A stretch of 30,946 nucleotides of DNA, from the NCBI GenBank assembly GCA_965644295.1, contig CBFFRP010000315.1:1-30946 (forward strand), read 5' to 3'. Made by a program: the position numbers and the translations under genes. Positions 1 through 11,536 of this stretch are shown here, piece after piece (the stretch's first letter is position 1; the number at the start of each line of letters is the position of its first letter). The notes under the pieces are model-generated. The model saw nothing but the letters and a program-made list of their open reading frames with translations. It was not told the origin of the DNA and searched no databases. The DNA is from Paraphysomonas bandaiensis (taxonomy: Eukaryota; Protista; Chrysophyceae).

Positions 1-29
1 GCTTGCTAACTGCGTTTGCTTTGAGTGAT

Positions 30-170
30 AGAGCGAAAGAGGTTGCACTTTGGTGCTTGCGATGACGCACAAACAGCTTTCGTTGTGTTAAATAGTAGGA
101 TGTAGGATATCAGAGTAAAGCACAAGCACTGACTTTAAACGCTTATTGCTAATAAGAAGACATTCACTAC
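30..170 (+). repeat. Unclassified dispersed repeat, copy A (partial)
   Basis: GGTTGCACTTTGGTGCT...GACGC.CAA...TTTCGT...TTAAATAGTAGGAT...GACATTCACTACT matches 11120-11285. Confidence 0.8.
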
Positions 171-329
171 TAGGATTGACTGGTGAACATATGATAACTA
201 GATGTTACTAAGAACAGATGGTACATGAATATGTTGTGAAGTGTTGGGATTAATAATTATAATCTTCCTCGAAAGTACGTTGTGTGAAACAAAACAAGTT
301 ACGGGTAGAGCAAGGATAACCTCTGTGTA

Positions 330-650
330 TATTGACTAAAGACCATTTTCAGATGATTAAGATCGTTGTAAGAGAAGTTTAAGTTAGTCAAACTAGATAG
401 ATTACTTTATTATGATTGTATACACAATTGTGTGTGTTGTCATGTAGCACATGTCAACAACATGATAAATTATTTCGTTCATGTTAACCACTGCTCAACT
501 TCCGTATCTTGAATCGTCATGATATAATACTTCAGTTTCACAGTTATAGCTATATAGCACCTTTTGACTATTGACTACGTATTACTGTTTTTCACATTGT
601 ATTTAACGTATTCTACAGTACTATCTTAGAGAACCATACGTATTCCAACA
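330..650 (-). repeat. 3' LTR of the Copia element
   Basis: Identical to 5518-5838; element-strand termini TGTTG...CAATA; preceded on the element strand by the PPT. Confidence 0.96.
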
Positions 651-660
651 CTCCTCCTCA
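651..660 (-). promoter_or_regulatory. Polypurine tract of the Copia element
   Basis: Minus strand TGAGGAGGAG directly abuts the TG start of the 3' LTR. Confidence 0.85.
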
Positions 661-816
661 ATGTAGAAACGAGTAATCGTCATTATACTGCAGCTATATA
701 TATCATCTAGTCATCTTAGGATAAAACGGATGTGAAAATCTTCATAAAGATACTGTGAACATCACACTTCGCTGTAACACAGTTATGTGGGATTCTTACC
801 CACTAAAAACACACCC

Positions 817-3800
817 TTAACCTTTCTTGAACCGCTTCTTCTGATTCTTCTCAACTTCATTTGAAATGCTCCTCTTTTCCCCTGTGATAGTTTCTTCATG
901 GAGTTTAAAGAGCTTTGTAGATAACGCTTTTGTAAATATGTCGGCCGCCATATCCTTAGTCGATACATGAATCAATCTGGCTGTAGGAAACCTTCCATTT
1001 ACGTGTTCCCGAACCCAGTGGTACTTTATCTGAATATGTTTTGATCTTTTGTGATAGACTGGATTTTCTGACAGATCTTTTGCACTCTTGCTGTCCATGA
1101 AGAATGGGGTTGGCTTCGTCAATGCGAGTCCTAGCTCTCGTAACACCCCCGTAGCCACACCAGTTCTTGCATGGCCGCATATTCAGCCATATACTCGGAC
1201 TCCATACTGGAAGTTGCAACTGTAGTCTGCAGTTTGGACTGCCATGCGATTGCTCCAGCACATAAGAATACAATATAACCGGTAGTTGAACGTCTCGTTA
1301 GTATATCACCTGCCCAGTCCGCATCACTAAATACATGTAAATCAAACTTACTCCCACTGAATTTGATTCCTTTGCTGGTGGTGCCTCTCAAATATTTCAA
1401 TAAATGAATAGCTAAACGACACGATGCGTATGTAGGATTACTGCTGTATCTCGATAGTAATCCGATTGCATAGGCGAGATCTGGTCTTGTGTGGAGTGCG
1501 AGATACAGGATTGCTCCAATAATACTACGATACGGAAATTTTGAGACCCAGTCCTCCTGTTCTGATGTAAGTTCCCGTTCTGCAGCTAGTAGTTCTTGTG
1601 CATTTGATGGCAACGGAGCTTCCTTATTCTTTCTACTGTTTCCCATGACATGGTTGAATTTCTGAATCACTTTCTCCGCATACTGTGATTGATCTAGTTT
1701 GAACCAGTCTTCGCCTCTCGTGATTCGAATATTTAGGAAACTTTGGCACTCTCCCATGTCCCTCATTTCAAACGTTTGGCAGAACTTGTTCTTGACAAAA
1801 ACAAGGAATTCAAAATCCACAGATGCGATTATGATGTCATCTACATACAGGAGTAATAACGTAAGTTTGCCTTGGTGCCAACGATAATATAAGCAGGTAT
1901 CTAACACGCATGATCTAAACTGCATTGACTTTATGAATTTATCGATGTGGCGATTCCACTGACGCGGTGAGGCTCGTAAACCATATAGTGCTTTGATGAG
2001 TTTAAAACACCATCCATTGCTGAGCTCCTCATCTGGAGGTGGGTACATGTAGACATCTTCATCTAAATTTGCATAACAAAATGCAGAACTGACATCAAGC
2101 TGGTGTACATGCATATGGAACATAAAAGCAATTGCAATCACGAGCCTGATAGTTATCCCTTTGACAACCGGTGCAAATGTAGATGGCTCCTCCTCAGTTT
2201 TCTCCTGAAGATTTCCTAGTGCGACTAGTCGAGCTTTATACTTCTGTATGTTGCCTAGTATGTCACGCTTGAGTTTGTGAACATACTTACATCTGATTAA
2301 TTTGACCCCAGATGGTCGACGTACTATCTTCAAAACGCCTCTTCGTAAAAGAGCTTTCTTCTCTATTCGTCTGGCTGTTCTCCATTCTTCCGCTTGAGGG
2401 GACCTCTCCGCCTCTAGAAAACTGTTCGGTTCATGGACGTGTTTATTCTCAGTACTCTCCTCTGAATCCATGACATTTACATCGGCATCCATTACCTCTA
2501 TCATGTTAATTTCTCCTAACACTGAAGCATTAGCTAGCCTCCTCCGTAAACGCTTACGTTTCTCTGCATCCCTTTTAGATACTCTCTGTAGGGTATTAGT
2601 ACTGTTAGAATTTATAGTATCAGTATATTCAGGTACTCCCTGTTTTACTGCTCGATCAGGTTCTCCCTGAGCTGCATCTGCATCAAGTACTCCTTGAGTC
2701 ATATCTTCATCAGGTGCTCCCTGACTAATACCATGGTTAACTAGCTGCTCCTGATGGCTCTCAGGTGCTGGGATAGTGGACGTACTCCGTCCATCAGTGG
2801 TACTAGAAGCGTCCCTCGTTCCCGTATATCCCGTGTATCCAGGCGTATTCCTTGTCATTACCTGAACATCTTCTATATGTATGGGTACCTTCTGCTCAAT
2901 GTGGGTTCTCCCCGCAGTTACAAGTGACCGATAACCAACAATGACACCCTTTCTTTCTACCACTCTGGTGGTCTTGTACAACAGCCCGTCTTCATCGTCT
3001 ATGTGAAAAGTCTTCACGAGATGCTGATAATCATTCACCGTCTTTGGTCTAGGTGCTGTTCGTACTCGAAGAGCGTCGATTTCTGCGTAATATTCTTCGG
3101 TGCGGGAAGGTATACTCTCATCTGTGAGTATGTGTACACACGTAATTACCTTATCGGTTGCTGGGAGATACACCTGGTATCCAACTTTATCTTCCGAATA
3201 TCCCACTAGGTATCCAATCTTTGATTTATCGTCCCAGTCCTTTCGCCTGTCCGCCTTAGGTGTCAATATATAAGTTTTGCACCCCCATACTCTAAAATAT
3301 TTCAAACTGGGTGGCTGACCCGTGACATACTCATATGGGGACATGTATCCTCTGTCCGTCCTTGTAGGGAGTCTGATCAGTGTATAGCGAGCAGCATGAT
3401 ACGCGTCTAACCAGAATGGAACCGGTAGGCCTGACTGCAACAACATCGCCAACGCCATCTCTGATGCAGTCCTGAATTTTCGCTCCTCTACTGCATTCAT
3501 TTCCGGACTATCTGTTGAAGACCAAGTATGTTTGTAGCAGCCTTGTGATCTCAAATAGCTCCTAAGTTCTTGATTTATGAGTTCTCCAGCTCCATCAGCG
3601 TGGTAGTGGTCCACTCTCAGCTTATATTGCCTAATCTCTCCTTCGAACACCTCTCTAAAAAACTGAATCACTTCTTCTTTAGTACGCTGGTTTACGCCTT
3701 TTACCCAGAACATCCTACTCGGGTGATGAGTTAGTTTGATCACGTAGCGCTCATCACCTCGAGCGGGAGTATTCAGAAATACTTGCACATCAGCCGATAT

Positions 3801-5534
3801 GTCCGGCTTGACATCCGTATCCTCCTTTGTGTGAAACGAAACTCTCGTAATCTTTGATCTGGCACATATGCTACAGAGACAAGATTTTTTTAATGCAGTC
3901 TTCGATAGGTGCTTCCTCTGCAGATTTGAGCCCGTGAACAACATCCTTCTATGTGCCTCCGTTAGAGCCCCTTTGTTGAAATGGCCCATTCTCCTATGCA
4001 GCAGTTCCAGCTCGTCCTCACCAGTCCTATCGCTAAGATTTACTTCACAATTACTCGGTGTAGACACATCTGGAAGCTCCAACAGCTGCTGAGTTGGAAC
4101 TGCAGTCATTCCATTTTTCATGGGTCCCTCCAGTACCAGCTCACCGGTATTACAGTCATAAATTTGGATCCCATACCACACCGTGAATCGATAGCCCATT
4201 TCGTTCAGCTTACGTCCGGAGCACAGGCATCGATTGATCTGATCTGAAATTTCTATGTCTCTCCATGCTCCACGGGAACCCACACTTGTGATATGAATCT
4301 CTGATCCCTTCTTAGATCCGTTTATCACCTTTGATGTATTCATATGAGTGTCAAGCATGGTCACATCATTCATCAAGAACATTGATGATGAACAGCATGT
4401 ATCTATGTATGTATAGTGTTCAGCAGTACCAATCATACAACATGTGTCACTTTTATCATATATATCAACAGCACAGTCATAAAGCATATTCGCTTCGGAC
4501 TCCGAGTCAGACTCGGTTCCTCCTCTGCGGATATTCTCGAATGTGAAAACCTTCCCAGATTTCTGGGGTTTCTTGGTCTTTCCAGTCGAATTTCGGGGAC
4601 ATTCGTTCGCGCGATGGTTTTTGGATTTGCATACTCTGCATCCTGTATATTCCTTACTGCCCGGTCTTTGTCCCTTCGTTTCCCCCTTTTTCTTCCTACA
4701 TTGTTCTGTATTATGATTGTGTATTATACCTTTCTTCGAGCAATAAGTGCACTTCCTCTTTGTAGATACTCTCTCTTTCTTTCGAGGCTTTTCAATATGA
4801 TTCAGCTCCTCCGTGCTCTTGCGCTTCTTCTCTATGATTTTCCTCCCATACTTGGTGTCGTCGAACTGTTCGATACGTTTGGATAGCAATTCATATGGTA
4901 CATCATCGGGCATTAAATACAGGGCATAATTCAAACCGTCATATTCATCACTGATAATTCCCTCCTTCAGCCTACTAATTTTTGATTCTTCCGTTACCGT
5001 TTGGTTATGCGCCTGAAGTTCACGAAGAAGCAGCTCAAAACGCAGTACATACTCTTTCGCGGTCTCCCCTGGCTTCATCTCGAATGATCCAAACTGAGCA
5101 AGCAGAGCACTAATCTTGTTTTGTGTTCCCCCTTCAAAACACGATTTAAGAGTGCTAACCATCTCTCTGGCGCTGAACTTATTAACTCTTCCTTCAGCTG
5201 CCTTGAACTCCTTGTGCTTCAGATGAAACTTCTGCAGCGCCTTCGGAGATCGCTTCACCGCCTCTCTGCAGTATGAGTAGGCAATTGCATTCGCCTTCCA
5301 ATACTTGTCCACCGCTTCTTTGTAGGACTTGGTCTCAAGACTATTCAGGGGTTGAATTCCGAAATCCTCTTCCTCTGGTGGCCTTTCTAGAGCCACCTCA
5401 CTCTGCTCCTTTCTCATAAGGAACGTCTCAAAGTCTTCGATCCATTGTTCAACGTTGCTCTCGTCGAACCATGGAACATCAGCTCTATCCTCCTTCTCTC
5501 CTCCGCATTCGCTACCATATTGACTAAAGACCAT
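817..5534 (-). CDS. Copia Gag-Pol polyprotein with one frameshift in RNase H at 1146-1150
   Basis: First ATG at 5534. Zinc knuckles CTYC..H..C and CRVCKSKNHRANEC; protease YIDTCC; LHRRMGH...CSIC zinc finger; integrase D-D-E (SADVQ, HADGAGE, NAVEER); RT YKARLVA and LYVDD; RNase H SDADWAG. The RNase H continues in the 817-1158 frame (MDSKSA, HKRSKHIQIKYHWVRE, ADIFTKAL). Confidence 0.93.
2619..2726 (-). repeat. Four imperfect 27-bp (9-aa) tandem repeats in the IN-RT linker
   Basis: Translation SQGAPDEDM-TQGVLDADA-AQGEPDRAV-KQGVPEYTD; 27-bp periodicity visible in the DNA. Confidence 0.8.
5503..5517 (-). promoter_or_regulatory. Primer-binding site, probably for initiator tRNA-Met
   Basis: Minus strand TGGTAGCGAATGCGG immediately follows the 5' LTR. 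It is complementary to a tRNA 3' end ...GCT-A-CCA, typical of initiator tRNA acceptor stems. tRNA identity is inferred. Confidence 0.8.
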
Positions 5535-5838
5535 TTTCAGATGATTAAGATCGTTGTAAGAGAAGTTTAAGTTAGTCAAACTAGATAGATTACTTTATTA
5601 TGATTGTATACACAATTGTGTGTGTTGTCATGTAGCACATGTCAACAACATGATAAATTATTTCGTTCATGTTAACCACTGCTCAACTTCCGTATCTTGA
5701 ATCGTCATGATATAATACTTCAGTTTCACAGTTATAGCTATATAGCACCTTTTGACTATTGACTACGTATTACTGTTTTTCACATTGTATTTAACGTATT
5801 CTACAGTACTATCTTAGAGAACCATACGTATTCCAACA
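5518..5838 (-). repeat. 5' LTR of the Copia element
   Basis: Identical to 330-650; contains a TATATA box candidate and the gag ATG. Confidence 0.96.
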
Positions 5839-5910
5839 GTGTATGGTCTAATTCTAACACAGCATCATAGGCTATGCATTGTATACTAGAACTCGTAATA
5901 AACACGGGTT

Positions 5911-8358
5911 CTACAAATTTCTTCTAAGAACTAACCCAAAGTGTGCCATATGTTCCGTAATTTTAATCATATCCTCCATGAAGCGATCGTCAGATAGCAC
6001 GGAAGATCGAATGTGTGAAATGATTTGAAATATCGACATATCAGGTGCCCCAAATAAAGGTGGAAACAACACAGCGTAATACAATACGTGTATAGTGCTG
6101 TAGCATAAAAGAAATGCAACTAGCGGACCAGTGGCAGCACCGGAACGGACCACACACATTCCGGCAAGAATGGATGTTGCCGGTAATGCAGGAAGAATAA
6201 ACCGAATCTGGTATCCACCTCCCAAAATCCCCACCAACGTTAAACCTGCAAAGAAGCATGCCGGCCACAAGGCAAATATTACTACAGAAATAGATCTTGA
6301 AAGTTTCGTGTTGATATTGGGTATTTCACATTGGCATGTAGTGGCCGGGCGAAATATAACATAGACGCCAACACCTATAGCATATAGCGTTCCCACCACG
6401 TGAAGAGGACTCACTGCAAAAGTACTAGACATGTAGAAAAGTGGGTGCTGGGAGAGGGCGTTCTGAAGATATACTGAGTTTCTTACCATCTCTTCCGATG
6501 GCCACGCATTCGGGATCCACCGTCCTGTTACAGCCTGAAAAAGTGGGTTACAATTACTACAAGGACATATACAATGCAGATTTTACATGCTCAAGCACAA
6601 ACTTACGTGATAGACAAACACCCATGGACCATGTCCTCCAGCTATGCCAAAAAGGAATATCGCTGCACAACTGATTGCTGTTCCCACTTCTCGGTGATGA
6701 AAGTATATATTGAATATTGTCCAACACAACAAACTGGGCATGAGCGCCCAGTTAGTTATTTTGCAGTTCAGAGCTAACAACCCATATGCAAACCCTGAGA
6801 CAAGTTGAAGTAGGTGTTGTAGAGTACGAGAATTCGACCGGCGGCAAAAATATAAGTGCAAGACTGCACACAGTACTACTGTAAATGCAGCTGCATTATC
6901 AATCCAAATCTTTTGGGAGCAGAAAGCAGCTATAGGACAAAAAAGATATACTACTACTCCCCACATGGCAGTTACATGTGCCTTGTTGCATTCCTGCTTG
7001 GATTGCAGCGGGGTGCTATATAGGAGAATAGTTAAGGGGTACATGAGACCCGCAGTTGCAATATGCATGAACACAGACGCCATAGGAAGTGATAGGCCAA
7101 TGTAGTTCAAAGAGTAAACGAAGTACACAAAAAAAGGAGGATGAATGAAGAGCGCATCGTTGTAGTTTGATGAAGACAACTGATAGGTCTGAACCAGGTC
7201 CGTGTTTCTGAGACTGTAGTCAAAGAAATTTTTCGAAACAGCTCCCACCAACGTCTATATATATTCCATGGCGAAAATACACGTCAGCAGATATCCAGAG
7301 TACGGATAGGTATAGATAACATACTTAAGAAACCTACTTCATGCTACGTAGTGACATTAGCCTCCGGTCGCCAACACTACGACGACCGTATGTACAACGC
7401 TTACCTCAAATATGACCTCGTCCATCTCCCTGTGGTTATGAACTACTTTCTGCAGTCCAGGTTCGAGTGCACCCAACACATCGACTTTTTTCCGACGTAA
7501 TGTTGCCAAGCGCAGTATCAGGCCCACTAGTAGCACACATACCATACTGGTTGTCATGAACATGGTTCGCCCCCGAGAAACAGAAGATGCGGAATGCTTC
7601 GACGTAGTAAGCGCATGAATGTGGCGTATTACGCCTGGCACGACTATACATGCGACAATACACGCCAGACAGAAGTATCCTATATTTGTCGTAATTTCAC
7701 TGTCTGGAACCATTTCGTAAGATCCCGACAGTATCTTTCTAGGCCGATCGCTGGATACTATGCACATATATGAGACAAAAATAAAGTACATTTCTTGCTT
7801 CTATACAATTCGTTCGTCGCGGGTACACATATGTAATATATATATATTCCGCTACACACCATAAGATATCCTAGCTGTCACATCTGGACAACTCTTTTCA
7901 CCGCAAATACGCTGTAATTCTTGCCAAAAGGAGTTTCCTACCATGACGGTCGGTACGAGTGTCGGGTCGTCGTTACCTCCTGGTGGAAAGACGATATCAT
8001 CGGTGTTGACCAAAATAAGAGCTCCATAGCCAGCTTCCAAAGCATGCTTGGCCTTTGTGTCAAACGAACAGCCTCCTCTTTTCACAGACACAATACTATT
8101 TTTTGTTTGCGACGACAGTGCCTTGATGTTAGATTCACAGAATTCTGTTTGTAATAGTGATAAACTTCCTGTGATAGAAAAGTCCTTCCCGACGCTGAAC
8201 AAAGCCACGTTACAGTGTTGACTGAATGTGGTCTTTGTTCCTACACCAAACGTGCATTCTGCTCGGTATTTTCTGTCATCGAGTGAACCAATGTGATTAT
8301 TACTGTATATTCCCACTGTAAACGACAGTAATAGCACTGATAACAGCAACAGTATCAT
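5911..8358 (-). CDS. Signal peptide + PA (protease-associated) domain + multi-pass GT-C glycosyltransferase (PMT_2/ArnT-like), about 707 aa, 4 exons
   Basis: Exons 8358-7860, 7757-7405, 7254-6607 and 6534-5911 joined by phase-compatible GT-AG introns. PA motifs VKRGGCSFDTKAKHALEAGYGALILVN and VPTVMV. GT-C motifs EMDE, HPPFFVY, IWID, K-x-T and RFILPALP. Confidence 0.8.
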
Positions 8359-8793
8359 TCTATTTCGAGTTAACGACACTGTTCAGGAGAATAAAAGCGA
8401 GTCAACTGTATCTGTATATATGGTGATTTGTACATTCCTCCATTGCAAGATAAGCCTCATATTCAGCCCAGAGAAGTACGAAGTAACATTTGCTTTTGAC
8501 ATATTCAGAATCCCCGAAACCCCAGGTTTTTGCACTAAAGTGTTGGAGCTCAAAGGATACTACGTACGACTCTGCCTACAAATAGCTAGCTCTTATCCAA
8601 TCACCTAAAAGATGGTAGGCTTGAATTGTTGTGATTGAAACTGTTCAACTACACCAGTACAAAAGAGGCACGGTGTACGGCACACCGCTTTGACTGGCAA
8701 GATCATCACTTGCGGGGCAATATATCTCAATTGATTCAAACGGGTCTAATTCAATAGACCTATAAATTATATCAAGGATTGCATCTTTGAAGC

Positions 8794-10507
8794 ATGAAAT
8801 CCGTCACTGACGAATACATTCCAATTAGCACCTTTGAACAGACCAAAGAGGGCAAGTATGGGGCTATCTCAATATCCAGTGACACAGAATCTCACAGTCC
8901 CAAGTTTTTCTCTTTTGAAAACATTGGTATAATTGCGAATACCATGAGCATTCTTTTGGCTGCTGCAATTTTTTCAATCCCTTGGTCTTTTTTCGAAGCG
9001 GGTATTTTCGGGGGACTGATTATTGTGTCGTTTTCGTCATTCCTGTCGTGCCGTACCATTATGGCCCTTCTTGAAGCTCAAAAGTCACTTTATCTCCAGA
9101 GTGGCCAAGTTTATGATTATCCAGATATTGCCGCTAAATATTTAGGTGGACGGGGGTGGGCTACTTCTGTGATTACTGCAACATCAGTATCTTGTATCGG
9201 TGGATGTGCTGGGTTTGTCATATTCATCGGGCAGATATGCTCACAGGAACTCGGCTTACCCTTAAAGTATTCAATTGGCCTTCTTTCGATTCCAATGATA
9301 TTTCTTTCTTGGATACGATCATTCAGAGAGTTAGCGGTATTCACTGTATTCGGAGTGTGTTCCGTTGTTCTTGCTGTGGGGGCTATCTTCATTGAGGGAT
9401 ATCCCGTTGATCAATCTACGCTAGAGGTAAAATCGTTGGATATTATACCTACAATTGCATTTCTTGGAAATGCGACTTTTCTTTTCACTATTCACTATTG
9501 CGTGCTGGCTATGGGAGCAGAGACCCTACGAGCGCACCAGAATCAATCATCTATGTTCTCTGAAATCCCATTGGTTGTAGATCGACTTACACTACCGGTG
9601 AATATGGCCTTCGTCTTGGGTACGGTGGTAGTGGCATGTCTTGGTCTGGTGGGCCCTCTTGTTTACAGTGGAAAAGCTCTTGTCAGGCAAGCGATACGAT
9701 AACTGCTTTGTAATTGCGTTTGTCAACAATACTCTGTCGTCCTATGTCAGTAAAAAAAACAGTATTTTACATCATACGACAAGTACCATTATAGATGTAA
9801 TATTAGACTATTGAATTTTTATAATGTGGATTACTATAGAGACTCTCGAGGAGTAGTTGTTTCTGGTTGTGAAGATACAGTTTGTCAGAATATAGTTCTA
9901 AATCTTCCTCCAGGACTCCCCAGGTGGAGTCGAATGTGTTGTACACTGTAACTCTAACTGTTTTTTTGTTTTTGACAGAGCTGTTGTCGGGGTAATGCTC
10001 GTGACTTCAATCATTATAACTTACATGGTCCTTCTTGCCCCTGCCAGAGAGCATATCGAGAATTTTGTGATACGGTAAATAGTAAGCGTTACTGTGCTAT
10101 TTTCACGACGCATGTATTCGTGCCTGGCACTGTATTCCTGACGATAGGTGTTTCAAAGTTTAATTATGTCGTTTACTAAATTGTACAGAGTATGCAAACC
10201 ATCAAGTGGTACATGCACGATTTGGTTGCAAAATACTGTCAGAACAGTACTGGTCCTCTCTACTTGCGTCATTGCCACGCACACACCTTATTTTGGCTCT
10301 GTTTTACAGACAGTTGGAGGAATTACTGATGCATTTCAGTCTTATGTAGTACCCGCGTTGATTTACCTGCAGATGATACGCCTCATGGATGGGCATGGAT
10401 CTGTGTTCTATTTTTATGTCTTTGTGCTTGTTTTTGGAATAGGACTAGTGTTGTTTACTATGTACCTCACGACTGAGAGTATTTATGCATACAATAGTAC
10501 GTCGTAG
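8794..10507 (+). CDS. Amino-acid transporter (Aa_trans/AAAP; SLC36/SLC38-like), about 463 aa, 4 exons
   Basis: Exons 8794-9686, 9840-9923, 9979-10074 and 10189-10507, all introns phase 2; the first intron is GC-AG. Motifs IFSIPWSFFEAGIFGG, YPDIA..LG, LSWIRSFRELA and PYFGSVLQTVGG; many hydrophobic helices. Confidence 0.9.
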
Positions 10508-10914
10508 GTATCTAATTTAATAATTAGATGTAATCAGTACTATTCAGCTATAAAATGGTATCAACAGTCATTAAATCTCACAACTATTTTCTACGCATTA
10601 ATCGTTGTGTTGCCGTATGATGCGATATATATCGTGCAATTGATGTGTGTTCATAGTATTACACACAGTGGGAGGAGGGGGAATCTTCGAATCTGTAATG
10701 ATACAACACTGGCAATATATATACTATATACTATATACTGGTTATACACACTGACTGTGCCCCTGTTATACCTAGTATTAGTAGTAGGAAGTAATAAAAT
10801 ACAACGCAGGTCACATCTCCTGACTGTACTCCTAGAGTGTTTATAATATAATAAGGTATTTCTTCCCTAAACAAAGTCGAACTCGCACTTTTTCGTGGTG
10901 TTTTGAGGGATAAG

Positions 10915-11285
10915 TACCGGAAAATTTTCTCTGGGAAACTAACGTGGGCCGCATACATAGTCAGCAGATATTTTTTGCCCGCTCATAGTCAAATGCTTGT
11001 GTGATACAAGGGACACAAATGAGTGTCACATGTGTAGACTCCTTTGGTCCCTGACGAAAAAACAGGCATCCAGGAATGGGCCCACCTCAAGGACATCCAG
11101 GCTAGTTCACCTTAAGGACAGAGAGCAAAATTGGTTGCACTTTGGTGCTAGTACTGACGCTCAAGCAGATTTCGTAGCGTTAAATAGTAGGATATCAGAG
11201 TTAAGCACTAGTTAGTTAAATTGTTTTGCTACATTAGTTCTGACTCTTACACGCCTATAGGTAATAGTCAGACATTCACTACTTA
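10915..11285 (+). repeat. Unclassified dispersed repeat, copy B (longest)
   Basis: Shares CCGCATA.ATAGTCAGC, CATAGTCAAATGCTTGTGTG, AAACAGGCATC, TTCACCTTA.GGACA and TTTCGTAGCGTTAAATA with 24995-25225, and its 3' part with 30-170. Boundaries are approximate. Confidence 0.8.
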
Positions 11286-11430
11286 ACGTCCAATTCTAAC
11301 ATTCTAACATTCTAACCTATCAACTGATATCAAAGAAATACCATCAATAAGCTAAATTGGCGAAAAGTCCTTCTAACTGGGATATTTTAGCAAGAGCATA
11401 AACTCATTTAGGCAATATCTTAGCTATACG

Positions 11431-11536
11431 ATTAAAAAACGAGGACAGGAGGGATAGAAGCCTTTCCACCTCCAAACCCCGAAAGTGGCTTCTTTCCGTG
11501 ACAATTTCTCCCTCTTTCTCCTCGATTTTATTTAAT
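11431..11536. repeat. Imperfect long inverted repeat (hairpin), probable TE end or MITE
   Basis: ATTAAAAAACGAGGACAGGAGGGA pairs imperfectly with CTCCCTCTTTCTCCTCGATTTTATTTAAT. Confidence 0.6.

Larger units (their letters stand above)
330..5838 (-). mobile_element. Full-length Ty1/Copia LTR retrotransposon, recent insertion
   Basis: Two 321-bp direct repeats (330-650, 5518-5838) with no mismatch seen by eye. GTGTA target-site duplication at 325-329 and 5839-5843. PBS and PPT in the expected places. Gag-PR-IN-RT-RH domain order. Confidence 0.97.

Noticed and set aside
325-330. 6-bp TSD GTGTAT
   Set aside because: T330 is also present in the other LTR (5518) and completes the TGTTG/CAATA inverted end; 5 bp is the Copia norm.
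421-465. Small palindromes inside the Copia LTR
   Set aside because: Short and AT-rich; could be RNA structure but cannot be distinguished from chance.
1131-1158. Programmed ribosomal frameshift in the Copia pol
   Set aside because: It falls mid-RNase H in a homopolymer rather than at a gag/pol boundary; a 1-bp deletion or sequencing error is simpler.
1699-4886. Plus-strand ORFs overlapping the Copia pol, and similar short overlapping ORFs across host genes and the Gypsy pol
   Set aside because: Shadow frames of real coding sequence with no motifs of their own.
5503-5517. tRNA gene fragment ending in CCA
   Set aside because: Only about 15 nt, at the PBS position, with no cloverleaf.
11293-11316. 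(ATTCTAAC)x3 as a CRISPR or telomeric repeat
   Set aside because: Three direct units without spacers; a simple slippage repeat.
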